Positions 42,481-52,708 of a stretch of DNA of 64,000 bases are shown piece after piece; the stretch's first letter is position 1; every line of letters begins with the position of its first letter. Made by a program: the position numbers and the translations under genes. The notes beneath the pieces were generated by a model. That model saw only the letters and a list, made by a program, of their open reading frames with translations, did not search any database and was not told the origin of the DNA. The DNA comes from Lingula anatina (lineage: Eukaryota; Animalia; Brachiopoda): assembly GCA_051362555.1 (NCBI GenBank), contig CM120648.1, positions 8,862,587 through 8,926,586 on the forward strand. Direction: 5' to 3'.

Positions 42481-43411
42481 CCTTGCATATTCAATTTACT
42501 TAGCATGTGTTGGTGGTAGCCAAACTAATTATGGCAAATGAGCAGAGAGAATGTGTCAGATCACTAGGGATCTTGGAGAAGAAAAAAAAACTTGCTTTTA
42601 AGTTAATAAATGAACATCTCAACAGGTGGACAGACATGTGCTGAACACTTATTAAGGAGCACGTTAAAGTTACTGTTGTGACCTTTTGTCTTGCCCATTT
42701 GTTATCTAGGTGATCAATTCTAATAAGGAAAATAAAACCATCTTTCTCCCTGGCACTGTATACAGCATTTTATTTGACTCTATGACCTGAGATGGTCACT
42801 GTACTTCTAGTCAATACAAGCACATTTTATTTGTGCTAAGTGTTCAACATCTCCTCCCCCCCCCCCAAAAAAAAAAAAAAGGTTTTTAATAAATAAATTA
42901 GAAAGAAAGAAAAGAAAGGAAGAAAAATATGTTTTGGATTTGACAACACTATATTAGTATTGTCACGGCAGTTGTAAAGAATGCATATAATAGTGACTAG
43001 CAAAAAAAAAAAAATCACTTGATTATCTGATTATCAGAGAAATAAGGGGTGTACATAATCAAAAATTAAAAGAAAGAAAGAATTAAACGATGCTCAAGAT
43101 TTCTGGTATATTTTGTTGTAACTGTCTAATAAAGTGAAACAGATGCATTTTTGTGATCTCCAAGTCTAATTCGGCACTGTGTGTATGATTTTCACTGCAA
43201 TCAGTTGGTTTTGAATGGTCAGAGTTTTTAAAGTCTTGTATATGCTGCCTAGCTTGAACTTTTCAAATCAATTACATCTCAGTCACATTAAGGAACCTTG
43301 GACAAAGCGCGTCATTCAGCTGATTGTCATTTCATAGAAATCCAGGATATTATTCATTAGAAGGGGCCAGGGATCCGTGACAGGTTTCTGGAGAATTGAA
43401 TCAAACATGAC

Positions 43412-43760
43412 ATGTCTTTAGGTCTGTTCACACACTGGGCTAACTTACAAAAGATGTCTTTGGGTCTGTTCAAACACTGGACTAACTTACAGAAGATGTC
43501 TTTGGGTCTGTTCACACACTGGGCTAATTTACTTACAGGAGATGTCTTTGGGTTTGTTCACACACTGGACTAACTTACTTACAGAAGATGTCTTTGGGTC
43601 TGTTCACACACTGGACTAGCTTACTTACAGAAGATATCTTTGACTATGTTCACACACTGGACTAACTTACTTACAGAAGATGTCTTTGGGTCTGTTCACA
43701 CACTGGACTAACTTGAAGAAGATGTCTTAATATGAGTCTGTTCACACAATGGATTAATTT
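43412..43760. repeat. Minisatellite, ~8 units of 42-46 bp
   Basis: Unit GGGTCTGTTCACACACTGGACTAACTTAC(TTAC)AGAAGATGTCTTT. There are no unique spacers, so it is not a CRISPR. Confidence 0.9.
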
Positions 43761-43890
43761 AATCATGGATAAACTGACCGTATGGTAGTTCATTTTCAAA
43801 TATAAAAATACTGGGCCTGTTCACAAAAGTTAAAGTAAAAAAAAACAGAAATAATGCTTTGGACAATCTTTTTGATTACTACTTCTCTAT

Positions 43891-44116
43891 CACCCCATTT
43901 CCATAGATTTTTAGATCGATCTATCCCTGTGGGGAGTCTCACTAGATTACTGTCAGCTTGACTGGCTTAAGCGTCTATCCCGCCTACTAAAAGCTGTAAG
44001 GGGGTAATTAACTATGGTGCCCGCTCGGCTGACTGCAATTTAGCGTGAACCCCCAGGGAGTTAGGTCGATCTAAAACTTAATCTTTATATCGATCTAAAT
44101 CTCTGGGAAAGCACCC
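43891..44116. mobile_element. Family B MITE (partly deleted)
   Basis: TAGATCGATC, GGGGAGTCTCACTA, GGCTTAAG, GGGGTAATTA and GCAATTTAG motifs shared with the other B copies. Confidence 0.7.
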
Positions 44117-44761
44117 TATTCCTACCCAGGGTTCTGGTCAAAGCAGATCAAAAACTGAAGGTCTTCAATTTAAGACTAACTTTCAGCTCAAGTTCTCAAC
44201 CAAAAATGGTATTGGAAAAAAGGATTGCTGTGACAGTCCCAAGAGTTACGCAGCATTACTCTAATGCAAAAACATGCAACCATCTCATAAATGTTTACAG
44301 GATAAAACCAACTGAAAACCTTATCCACTGGCATTTCTAGAATGAAAACAACATCCAATAAAAAAATATCAAATTGTCATCATTCACCCAGAGCTCGTAA
44401 AAGTCCATAATATTTCTTTTATCATAACATTACAATCATTCCCTATCTGTGGCCCGGACACAAAAAAGTCCTGGAACTCACAGATCAATTACCTACAGCC
44501 ATTACTGTCTTGACGTCAATCAAAACGACATATTTTCTCATTTAGAATAATCTAAATCCACCACAATGAGAGGTCCCATGCAGATCAACACTTAAACTGT
44601 CATTACGGTTTCATCATGTCAATGCTATGGTTTTTTCCGTGCTTTTTGTAAGGAATGTGCGTATGAAGGTAGAAGCGAGATGAGGAGAGTGGTTTTACAT
44701 GATTTTTGTAAAGTATGTGCATGTGCACATTGTGGCGTGATAGGAAAATCAAAGAAAGGAC

Positions 44762-44764
<3 letters not shown>

Positions 44765-44826
<62 letters not shown>
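44765..44826. repeat. (CT)n microsatellite
   Basis: About 30 CT units; others at 38972-39016, 45111-45147 and 61300-61331. Confidence 0.95.
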
Positions 44827-44830
<4 letters not shown>

Positions 44831-44932
44831 GATTTTCTTTTAGCCAAATAGGATGATTTTAGCCATTTGACTAAAATTGTCATACAACAGTGAGCTAAGA
44901 ATGTTAAAATTAAATTAAAATAATAGCCTTAC

Positions 44933-44968
44933 CTTGTGGGGGTGGTGGCTTGGGAACAAATGGCATAT
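44933..44968 (-). CDS. AGRN: Agrin 36-nt linker microexon (D)MPFVPKPPPPQ preceding follistatin module 1
   Basis: Acceptor TTTTATTTCCAG, donor AAG|GTAAGG, phase 1-1. The Pro-rich peptide resembles the linker between NtA/TM and FS1 in vertebrate agrin (recalled as DKPGTHFTPVPPTPP). Confidence 0.75.
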
Positions 44969-45106
44969 CTGGAAATAAAAGAATGAACTGTAAATGGATT
45001 CATAAATCTTGATTATATTATCAAATTATTTTCGTTAAGTATTACATTTGGAGATTAAATTTATTGAGTAAACATCTCAAAACAAAGCAAATGTTTGCTT
45101 GATCAA

Positions 45107-45147
<41 letters not shown>

Positions 45148-45513
45148 GTTATTTACACCCAACAGTTGAGAATTAATTAAGTAGCATACCATTTTACATT
45201 TTGTAAAAAAAAAAAAGGTATTAAATCCTAAATAAAAAATTCATTTTAAATAAAAGAGAAAAACATCTGCACTTGAGAACCTTTGTCAAGAAAAAAGTTC
45301 AATGATGTACTTCTACAGGTAGGTCCTACATATCTCAATCATTTACAAAGACCCACTCAAAATCTTAAAACACTTTTAACTGGGCCATCTGACATTAATG
45401 TATATATCAAGAAGTGCTTATTCCATAGGAAGCACCAATTTGATGGTTTATAATGAAAATAAGAATCTCATAAACATGGCAACCCACTTGGGAAGTTGGC
45501 AATCATATATTAA

Positions 45514-46904
45514 AGGCCTACTGCGCTCTAGGAACACATAGCGTTCACTGCTTTTTTTACAGTATAAAAACTATAAATCCACGTCAAAAAATTGTTCTTT
45601 TTAAGTTTTAGAGAGAAAAGATGAGATTTAGATGAGAAAATTCTGATTGGTCAGTTTCTAGTGACGTAACCCGTGGAGTAGCTTCCCACAGCTGTACTAG
45701 TAATAGTATATACTATGCAGTAGGCGACTAAACATCCAGGTGTCAGAAAAACAAATGCCGCAAAGTTGTGTTGCTCCCGGGTGCCGTAATGTAGGTTACA
45801 ATAAGAAAGACATCTGCTATTATATCCTGCCTGCGGATGCCGCTAAACGTAAAATTTGGCTCAATTCTCTGAAGTTAAAAAATCCCAGCACAGTGTCAAA
45901 ACACGCGAGGATCTGTAGCGACCACTTCGAGCCGGAATGCTTCGTACGTGACCTGCGAGCTGAATTGTGCGGTGGAAAAGCAAGGAGAAAACTAAAAGAT
46001 GATGCTGTACCCAGTATATTCGATTTTTCGGAGTACCAAAATGCGACAGTAAATGCCAGAGCGCTGCCGACGAGAGTCTTACCTGTAGGATGTGTGCATG
46101 ATGCGGCCGTCGAAAGGAAGAAGAGAGCAGCTTCTAGAGCCCAAAAAATAGTTCGTAGCAGAATTACGTTGTCGAATTTTTTGGTTATGTTAGTGAAAAC
46201 GTTAATATTAACATGATAGTGGAATCAAATTTTTACTCGACATACTGCTGCACTGATCACGTGTAAGGCAGAAGTAGCGAGGTAAGTTGCAGAGGTGTGA
46301 AATGTAGTGTCCGATGCTATCAGTCCGATATCTTTGGCCTTTTGTCCACTGACCTGGCTCTCCCGGAATGACACTGGTAAACTGCACGGGTGTGAAAAAT
46401 AATGTTAGCTGTCACACCTGCATGTATTAGGTAACTTTCTCTTATCAGTCGGGATAAGAACGTTCAGCCGACGCGACAGATGGGCAATGTGTGAAAAACT
46501 GTGTTCGCTGCCCTGCTTCCAAACCTTTACTGTTAACATAGTTTTGGTGTATTTTGTTGGTTAATAAATGGTAACCACGTGGGGAATTCATCTTTTTTTG
46601 TGTATCTATCTTCAAAAGTTTGAATTTATAAATGATCATGTAGTGATCAATTGCGTGTATCGCTTTTAGTTTGCACTGCTAGCAAGCGGATAGCTGATTC
46701 GAATATGGCTTTCTGAGCCTTGACGCTAGTGACGTCACTCGCCTTAAAGCGCCACCACGCGGGAGTATCATAAACTACATTCACACCTGCATAAAATCGG
46801 CTTTAAAAACTAAATAAACGTAAGAACTTTTTTTTCATTACTCAAAAATGACTTTTGGGCACCTAACGGATAGTTTTAACCCGTTTTTTCATCACAGTAT
46901 ACCT
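45514..46904 (+). mobile_element. Kolobok-type DNA transposon, internally deleted/non-autonomous
   Basis: TTAA at 45510-45513 and 46905-46908. Ends AGGCCTACTG...CAGTATACCT form an imperfect TIR with AG...CT termini, unlike the piggyBac CC...GG. The body is CpG-rich relative to the flanks and carries a THAP ORF but no DDE domain. Confidence 0.8.
45755..46216 (+). CDS. THAP zinc-finger ORF (N-terminus of the element's transposase)
   Basis: MPQSCVAPGC...LP...RKIW...RICSDHFEPECF...LKDDAVPSIF contains the full C2CH THAP signature, conserved P/W/F residues and the AVPTIF-type box. 153 aa. Confidence 0.85.
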   Translation: MPQSCVAPGCRNVGYNKKDICYYILPADAAKRKIWLNSLKLKNPSTVSKHARICSDHFEPECFVRDLRAELCGGKARRKLKDDAVPSIFDFSEYQNATVNARALPTRVLPVGCVHDAAVERKKRAASRAQKIVRSRITLSNFLVMLVKTLILT

Positions 46905-47696
46905 TTAAGCCAACTGATGTAACATCTCCACAGGGAACAGGTAGTAATACCAGCTCTGCGACAGTGAAACTCTATAGGAGAACTAAACATATTCTTCTTG
47001 GTGCCTGTGGGGAATTGCTTCTGTATATCATGCATGAGAAAGTTGGACTGTTGTGCACTTTCTGATTCCAAATTAACGTCAAGATTTACAATAAGAACTA
47101 GTGAAAGGAAAACTCAACATGCAATGCAAGAAGTCCAATAATTTTTGTCAAATGGATTTTTTCTCTTTTTTATTGTTCATATAAATGCTATAGCATGGTA
47201 CAATACACATAAAATGCTGGAAAACTGTGCAGACCCATTTAGAGATTGAATTATCATGATAACCTAGTGTTCTCATTAATAACTCATTAATTTAGATGAC
47301 AGTATTGCCTGATAATACATCATTGTGTTACGAGCTATCGTAATTTCTATCAGGTAATAATCACTGTAATTGTGGAATTATCTGTATACTATTATTATTA
47401 TTGTTATCATCATTATTTTACCTTCATACATAAGCATAAAAATTCTGAAATAATCTAAGAATAGTTTATAACAAGTTTACAGGAGGTTCAAAAGTGGAAA
47501 TTTAAAGTAAAGAGTATCCAAAAAACCCATCCCCTCTCTCCATCCCGGGACACACACCCATAAAAAGCAATATGTGTTCTTCAAACACAGAATCAAATAT
47601 TTCCCACATATACTGTGCACATTTCTGGTTGTTTTTTTTTTTTTGTTTTGTTTTTTTTTTACCACAAAAATTATATTCCACATGAAAATTAGTTAC

Positions 47697-47880
47697 CTGT
47701 AGGATTCTGGCCGGCCTCAAACATGTGATCCAGGTAGCCCCCATATAGTAAGATCATGGAGCATGCTAGCCCACACCAAAACAGACCAAACAGAAAGCAG
47801 ACAGCAGTCAGTACTCTACGTCTGCTGCAACTGTCCTTCAGTTTTATGTGTCGTCTTCCACTGACAATTATTTTTGCCAT
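47697..47880 (-). CDS. AGRN: Putative alternative first coding exon of agrin encoding a type II transmembrane/signal-anchor N-terminus
   Basis: ATG in strong context (AAAAAC-ATG-G) reads MAKIIVSGRRHIKLKDSCSRRR-VLTAVCFLFGLFWCGLACSMILLY-GGYLDHMFEAGQNPT, a basic segment followed by ~24 hydrophobic residues. It ends at donor CAG|GTAACT in phase 1 (184 nt), which joins the 44968 microexon in frame (T-D-M-P-F). Confidence 0.7.
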
Positions 47881-48938
47881 GTTTTTTGGTCTGGTTGCAT
47901 AAGTATCTTTTTCATATCCTTCTCCAGTATTTTTCCTTTGAATATTTTATATTTGAACTGTATCCTGTGAAAATACTCCCAAATAATGTTAATTCTTGGA
48001 GTGGATGTGTCACAATTTTTTCATATCTTTCTCTACTTTTCTTCTGAATATTCTATGATCTATTCAAATATGAACCCCTCTCATAAGAGCCCCTAATGGA
48101 AAACTGGGCTTATCATTGGATCATATATCTTCTGATACATTATAAATAACTGGATCTTCTTTGGTCTAGCAGTATATAACACTTAAAGCCTTCCCTGTCC
48201 TATGAAAAGTTCCCATTTTTTACATGTCTTCATTATTACACCCATGTAAATATCTAACGTCATTTTTTAGGAATTTTTTTGAGCAGAAAAATCTGTATTT
48301 CATTTCAGTATTCTCTCACTTTTACATTTGTCTCAGTCATGAGTCCTGAAATGGGAAAACAACATCAGCGTGCACAAATATTCACATATCCATTTTGAGA
48401 TACTGGTAAAAAAAAAAAGCATAAAAGTGAAAAACTTAGTTCTCCCCACACAAACAGCCTTCAGTTGTACTCTAAAGATATGTGAATATTGTGAATAATC
48501 TAAAATCAATGAATAAAATGAATATATCCTAACTGTAATGTACTGTTACAAAGTACATGTGAACCATTTTCATGTGGAATGAAAATAAAACTATCCTTAT
48601 AACTTGGCTGATTCCCTCGGGTTCTACTGACCTTAGCAATACCTTAGCAATGCCAAGAACATTTCCTACCCAACTTCAGGCAATCAAATAACAACTTCTA
48701 GATTCCTATTTTAGTTTTATAAGGAACACAGTTCAGTTGACATTTAACGAAATTCATTTAGTTGACAAATGAAGTGTCATGTCACACTGTACATCTTCAT
48801 GCACACCCAGCGAGCTCCAAGTTCCATAAAAAAACAGGACATCAGTGTTAATGATTCCTACCTTTCCATTAGAACAAGCAACTAAACTGGTGTTTCAAGT
48901 CATTTTTATCGACTTGACTCATTACCACCCATCTCTAA

Positions 48939-49193
48939 GGGACCATTCCCAGACCCTATCTTACTAACTGTAGATCGATCTATCTCCAAGAGGATTCTCA
49001 CTATTGCAATCAACTTAAGCAGCTTAGATGTCTATCACTCCTACTGAAGCTGCTAGGGGGTAATTAATTATCGTTTAGCAGCTTCAGCAGGCGTGCCAGA
49101 CATCTAAGCCGCCGAAGTTAAAAGCAATTTAGTGAGAAACCCCTTGGAGATGGATCGATCCTGTTAGATTGATCTAGGTATGGGAATCCAGCC
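48939..49193. mobile_element. Family B MITE, PIF/Harbinger-like
   Basis: TAA flanks (48936-48938, 49194-49196); palindromic arms GATCGATC-TCTCCAAG..GCTTAGATGTCT..CTGAAGCTGCTA with their inverted copy. Confidence 0.82.
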
Positions 49194-51219
49194 TAAAGCT
49201 AGCTGCCTCATAACCATTATGTTGCTCACTACAAGAAGACAAGCTAACAAATTAAAGGCCTAAGAAGCATATTCAGAACAGATGATCTGCAGACTAACTG
49301 ATTACCATCAGCAGGCCTATGGCCAGCAATTTTAAAAGGGAGTTCTTAATTATTCTGAAAAAGACGACACTTTTGACCCTCTTACTTGACCCAACTAAAG
49401 AAATGACATACAGGCATACATAAAACCTTAGGTTCAAATTTTGTTTCAGAGCAGGCCGTTTCTGGCTAAAAAGGTCCTTTGACCCTCCCCCCACCCCACC
49501 CCCCAAAAAATGAGCCACAACACCCAACCTCACCTATGGGCTGGAAATATTCTAGACACTCAATACTTCAAATATTCAGGACACTCAATACTTCAAAAAT
49601 TAAAAGGTGGCTGTCTCAATTCCAATGCAAGCAAGACTATTTTCTCTTGGATGGTTTCAAACACCCTAATGGTTTCATTTTCTGATGGCAATGGTTTCAC
49701 ACACTCTGAGGACAATGATCTATCTTCTCTCCAAAGATGTTTAGAACCAGACCTCCACTTCTTCCAAGTAATTACTTTTTAATATCCACAAAAGCTTGAC
49801 CTGATCAATAGGAAAATGGCATTTCTCAAACAAAGACTGAGCATAGTACCTATATATAAAAGTATAGAATATTTCTAAAGGAATTTCTCAGCTGTGTACC
49901 ATGATCAGGATTAATAAAAAGACCAGTTCACAACTGTGAAAATGCTAACAGCAAACATTTTAACTGACAGTCATCAAATTTCAAGATCACCAGAGGAGCC
50001 CAAATTGGAACCCTCAGTGGTCCTAATTTGAGCACACTTTTCCATACCCCATGCGTAAAACAATCTTTTCAACCAGTAAGGTCTGTTATGCACTGGTTCA
50101 GCTTCAATAAGTGAGAACTCTTACACAGGTTGCACTATGTTAGGCAAGTCCAATCTAACTAGAAACACGACTTTCTGGTAAAGTACATGCATGTCAATAA
50201 TAGCTGTCTCCATTCCTTAAGATAAATTGTCCTATGTGTAATCCACGTTCCTCTGAAAAAGTTCCTGGAAAACAATTGCCTAGTAACTACCTGTACATGT
50301 AGTATTCCTCCCATATGCAAGTATTTCAAGGATAAAAATTGAGAGGATGTGAAAATCAAGAGTATATATTTGCTACAAGTACTGAGATATCCACATACTT
50401 CATCGGCAGTAACTGTGAAATGTACACTACTTAACAAGGCTCCACACTAACTTTGATGACCGCCTGTCCTATTCCTGTGTTTCACATTTTAAATGTCTTC
50501 CATTTTCCATGATAATTGATGGAAAGTTTTCTATGATCCAGAAACGAAGTTCCAAAATATCATCCACTGAGAAATCTCCAAAACAGTTCTAAATAATAAA
50601 TGAGAAACACCGAAAAATGCCTTCTGTCTATACCATATAAAATGTCTCAGGAGATCCTGCTTTTTCCTTAAAAATCATTAAGAAAGCATGGAACACATGT
50701 TCTTTTGGGCCGGTTCTTTCTATAAATCTCATGCAATCATTTCTAGGATACTGTACTACAAGACTCCTCCTTCTGTGATTGGTTCATTTGGATCACATGG
50801 TTGCATGAGAACAACAAATCAATTTTAATACAAGTTTATATCATCAATTACCACTATCACTGAAAAGCCCTTGGTTGAACCCTGCATGAAAGAATCCACT
50901 TTGGTATTATCAAAACAGATTTATATGTTGAGCAGAAAAGTGGAAAGCAATCATCAGTTTTGTCTGCATGCCCTTGAAGTGCTTACAGATATATAAAGTA
51001 CAGTACAGAAAAAGAAGACTACAGAGTTACTGTATTTATCTCTAGGAATAATGTGTACAGAATTATCTTTGTAATGTAGCAATTCTTTGCAGACATGTTC
51101 TTGATTGTATGCAATAACTGTACTTTGCTGATGTCCGCTGTTTCCCTGTACCGTTCTCTATGGTAGAGATGTGAACCAATGACAATTACAAAAACAGGAG
51201 TTTCTGTTTTTCTTTCTGG

Positions 51220-51277
<58 letters not shown>

Positions 51278-52199
51278 CATGCATGCATGAGGGTGTGAGC
51301 AGGCATGTGTACTAGTAAGCCTATGCATGTGTCCATGCAGTTAATAATTTTGGTCTAATTTTGCATTATATAACATCTACCTTAAATGGCGCAATCCTAA
51401 ATATATCTGCCAAAATGAATTAGAGAGAAGGAAATTATCTTTAAAATCAGTTTCTTGTAGAGTTAAGCTAAAAATAACATTGAACAGACAGCAACATGTC
51501 GAAGAAGATCCTACAAAGAAAAAAAAGAAGGAAAGAAAAAAGGGAAAATGTGATGATTTCTATTGCAAATCAAACCTTCAGAGATCTGAACAGACAAGAA
51601 CTTGGAAATAAATTGAAAAGAAGCCATGCTTCCCATCTTTTTGTTGGGTTCGAAGAAACAAACTACTTCATCAAAAGATTTCTTTAATTATCTGGTCTGA
51701 CTGTAGAACAGCTTTTAAGCATCCACATCCATTAAAGCAATGTACTGAAAGGAAACCACGGCCTGTGTCTCTTTCCACTGTGTAAAGGGATCGCCTGAAT
51801 GCACAATTAAGGGTATGTGTTATCTGGTAATCTCGTAGGAATTCCCAAGCAAACGACTGCTTTTTTAAGCCTGACACAAGCTGCACACATTGAGTTAGCT
51901 GGACGTGATGGGATTTATCAAGTAAAATGAATGATGCAACAAAGGCACTTACGCAGCGTCCACAGGGATGAATCCTATCATTGATCTTTTCATTTATTCA
52001 TTCCTTTTTGTTCTAATCTGTGAACTGTTCTTTTTTTTTCCTTTTTGTTTCAATCCAAGTTGCAATTGTTTTATTTCAATTTTATACCAAAGCCAAACAA
52101 ACATAACATTTATCAGTAATAACCCATTATGCATGTTATACATTTCATATCATACAGTGTTTTATCCAAAAAGTTGCCTTACTCATCCTTACAATTTTC

Positions 52200-52335
52200 T
52201 TTTTTCCATCAAAACCCCTAGTGCATGTATGTCAACCTTGAGCAAAAGACCTCGGTTTAAAGTCTCTTCAATGCCTAGTTCCACTTAATTCCTGTCAGCT
52301 AACTCTCCTCAAATGGATTCAAATCCCAGTAAAGA
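52200..52335 (-). mobile_element. Possible degenerate tRNA-derived SINE (Meta-domain-like core)
   Basis: Minus strand shows a B-box-like GGGATTTGAATCC followed by GAAGAGACTTTAAACCGAGGTC, close to the core GATGAGACGTTAAACCGAGGTC that I recall from invertebrate SINEs. Confidence 0.4.
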
Positions 52336-52524
52336 TTAAAAGATCTAATTGTGAGCTGTGTATGTGGAGACATTTCCAGTCTCTAATTTTTTCCCTTCTT
52401 TTAAGCCATCAGACTTTATATAGTCTGGATATAAAAAAGATAGCAGAAATAAAGGTTAGTCTACTTGATTTAGAAACTTTGAAAATCTAATTTTTATCTT
52501 GTCACTTGTACAATACCAAAGCAT

Positions 52525-52708
52525 GACAGATGGACAAAAAGGCTGACAGAATGAACCCCAAGATGTGGACACAGAGACCAAGGGAAGCCTCGCACGTAAG
52601 AGGTAGATAGATGAGCTAGATGAATATTAGAAGAAAGCAAACTGGTAGTCCAAAGCCCAAGGTAGAAGACAGTGGAAGCATGCTGAGGCCATTGCCCAAC
52701 AGTGGAAC
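52525..52708 (+). mobile_element. Decayed 3' fragment of an RTE-clade LINE ORF
   Basis: Translation with stops and a frameshift: DRWTKRLTE*TPRCGHRDQGKPRT..DELDEY*KKANW*SKAQGRRQWKHAEAIAQQW. This matches the RTE C-terminal pattern RW-K-TEW-P..GRP..RW-D..W..AQDR..W..EAF-QQW. Confidence 0.75.

Noticed and set aside
43412-43760. Regularly spaced repeats resembling a CRISPR array
   Set aside because: Units are contiguous tandem copies with no unique spacers, in a eukaryotic intron with no cas genes.
45514-46904. piggyBac or P-element assignment for the THAP element
   Set aside because: piggyBac ends begin CC and lack THAP; P elements make 7-8-bp TSDs. TTAA + AG..CT + THAP fits Kolobok better.
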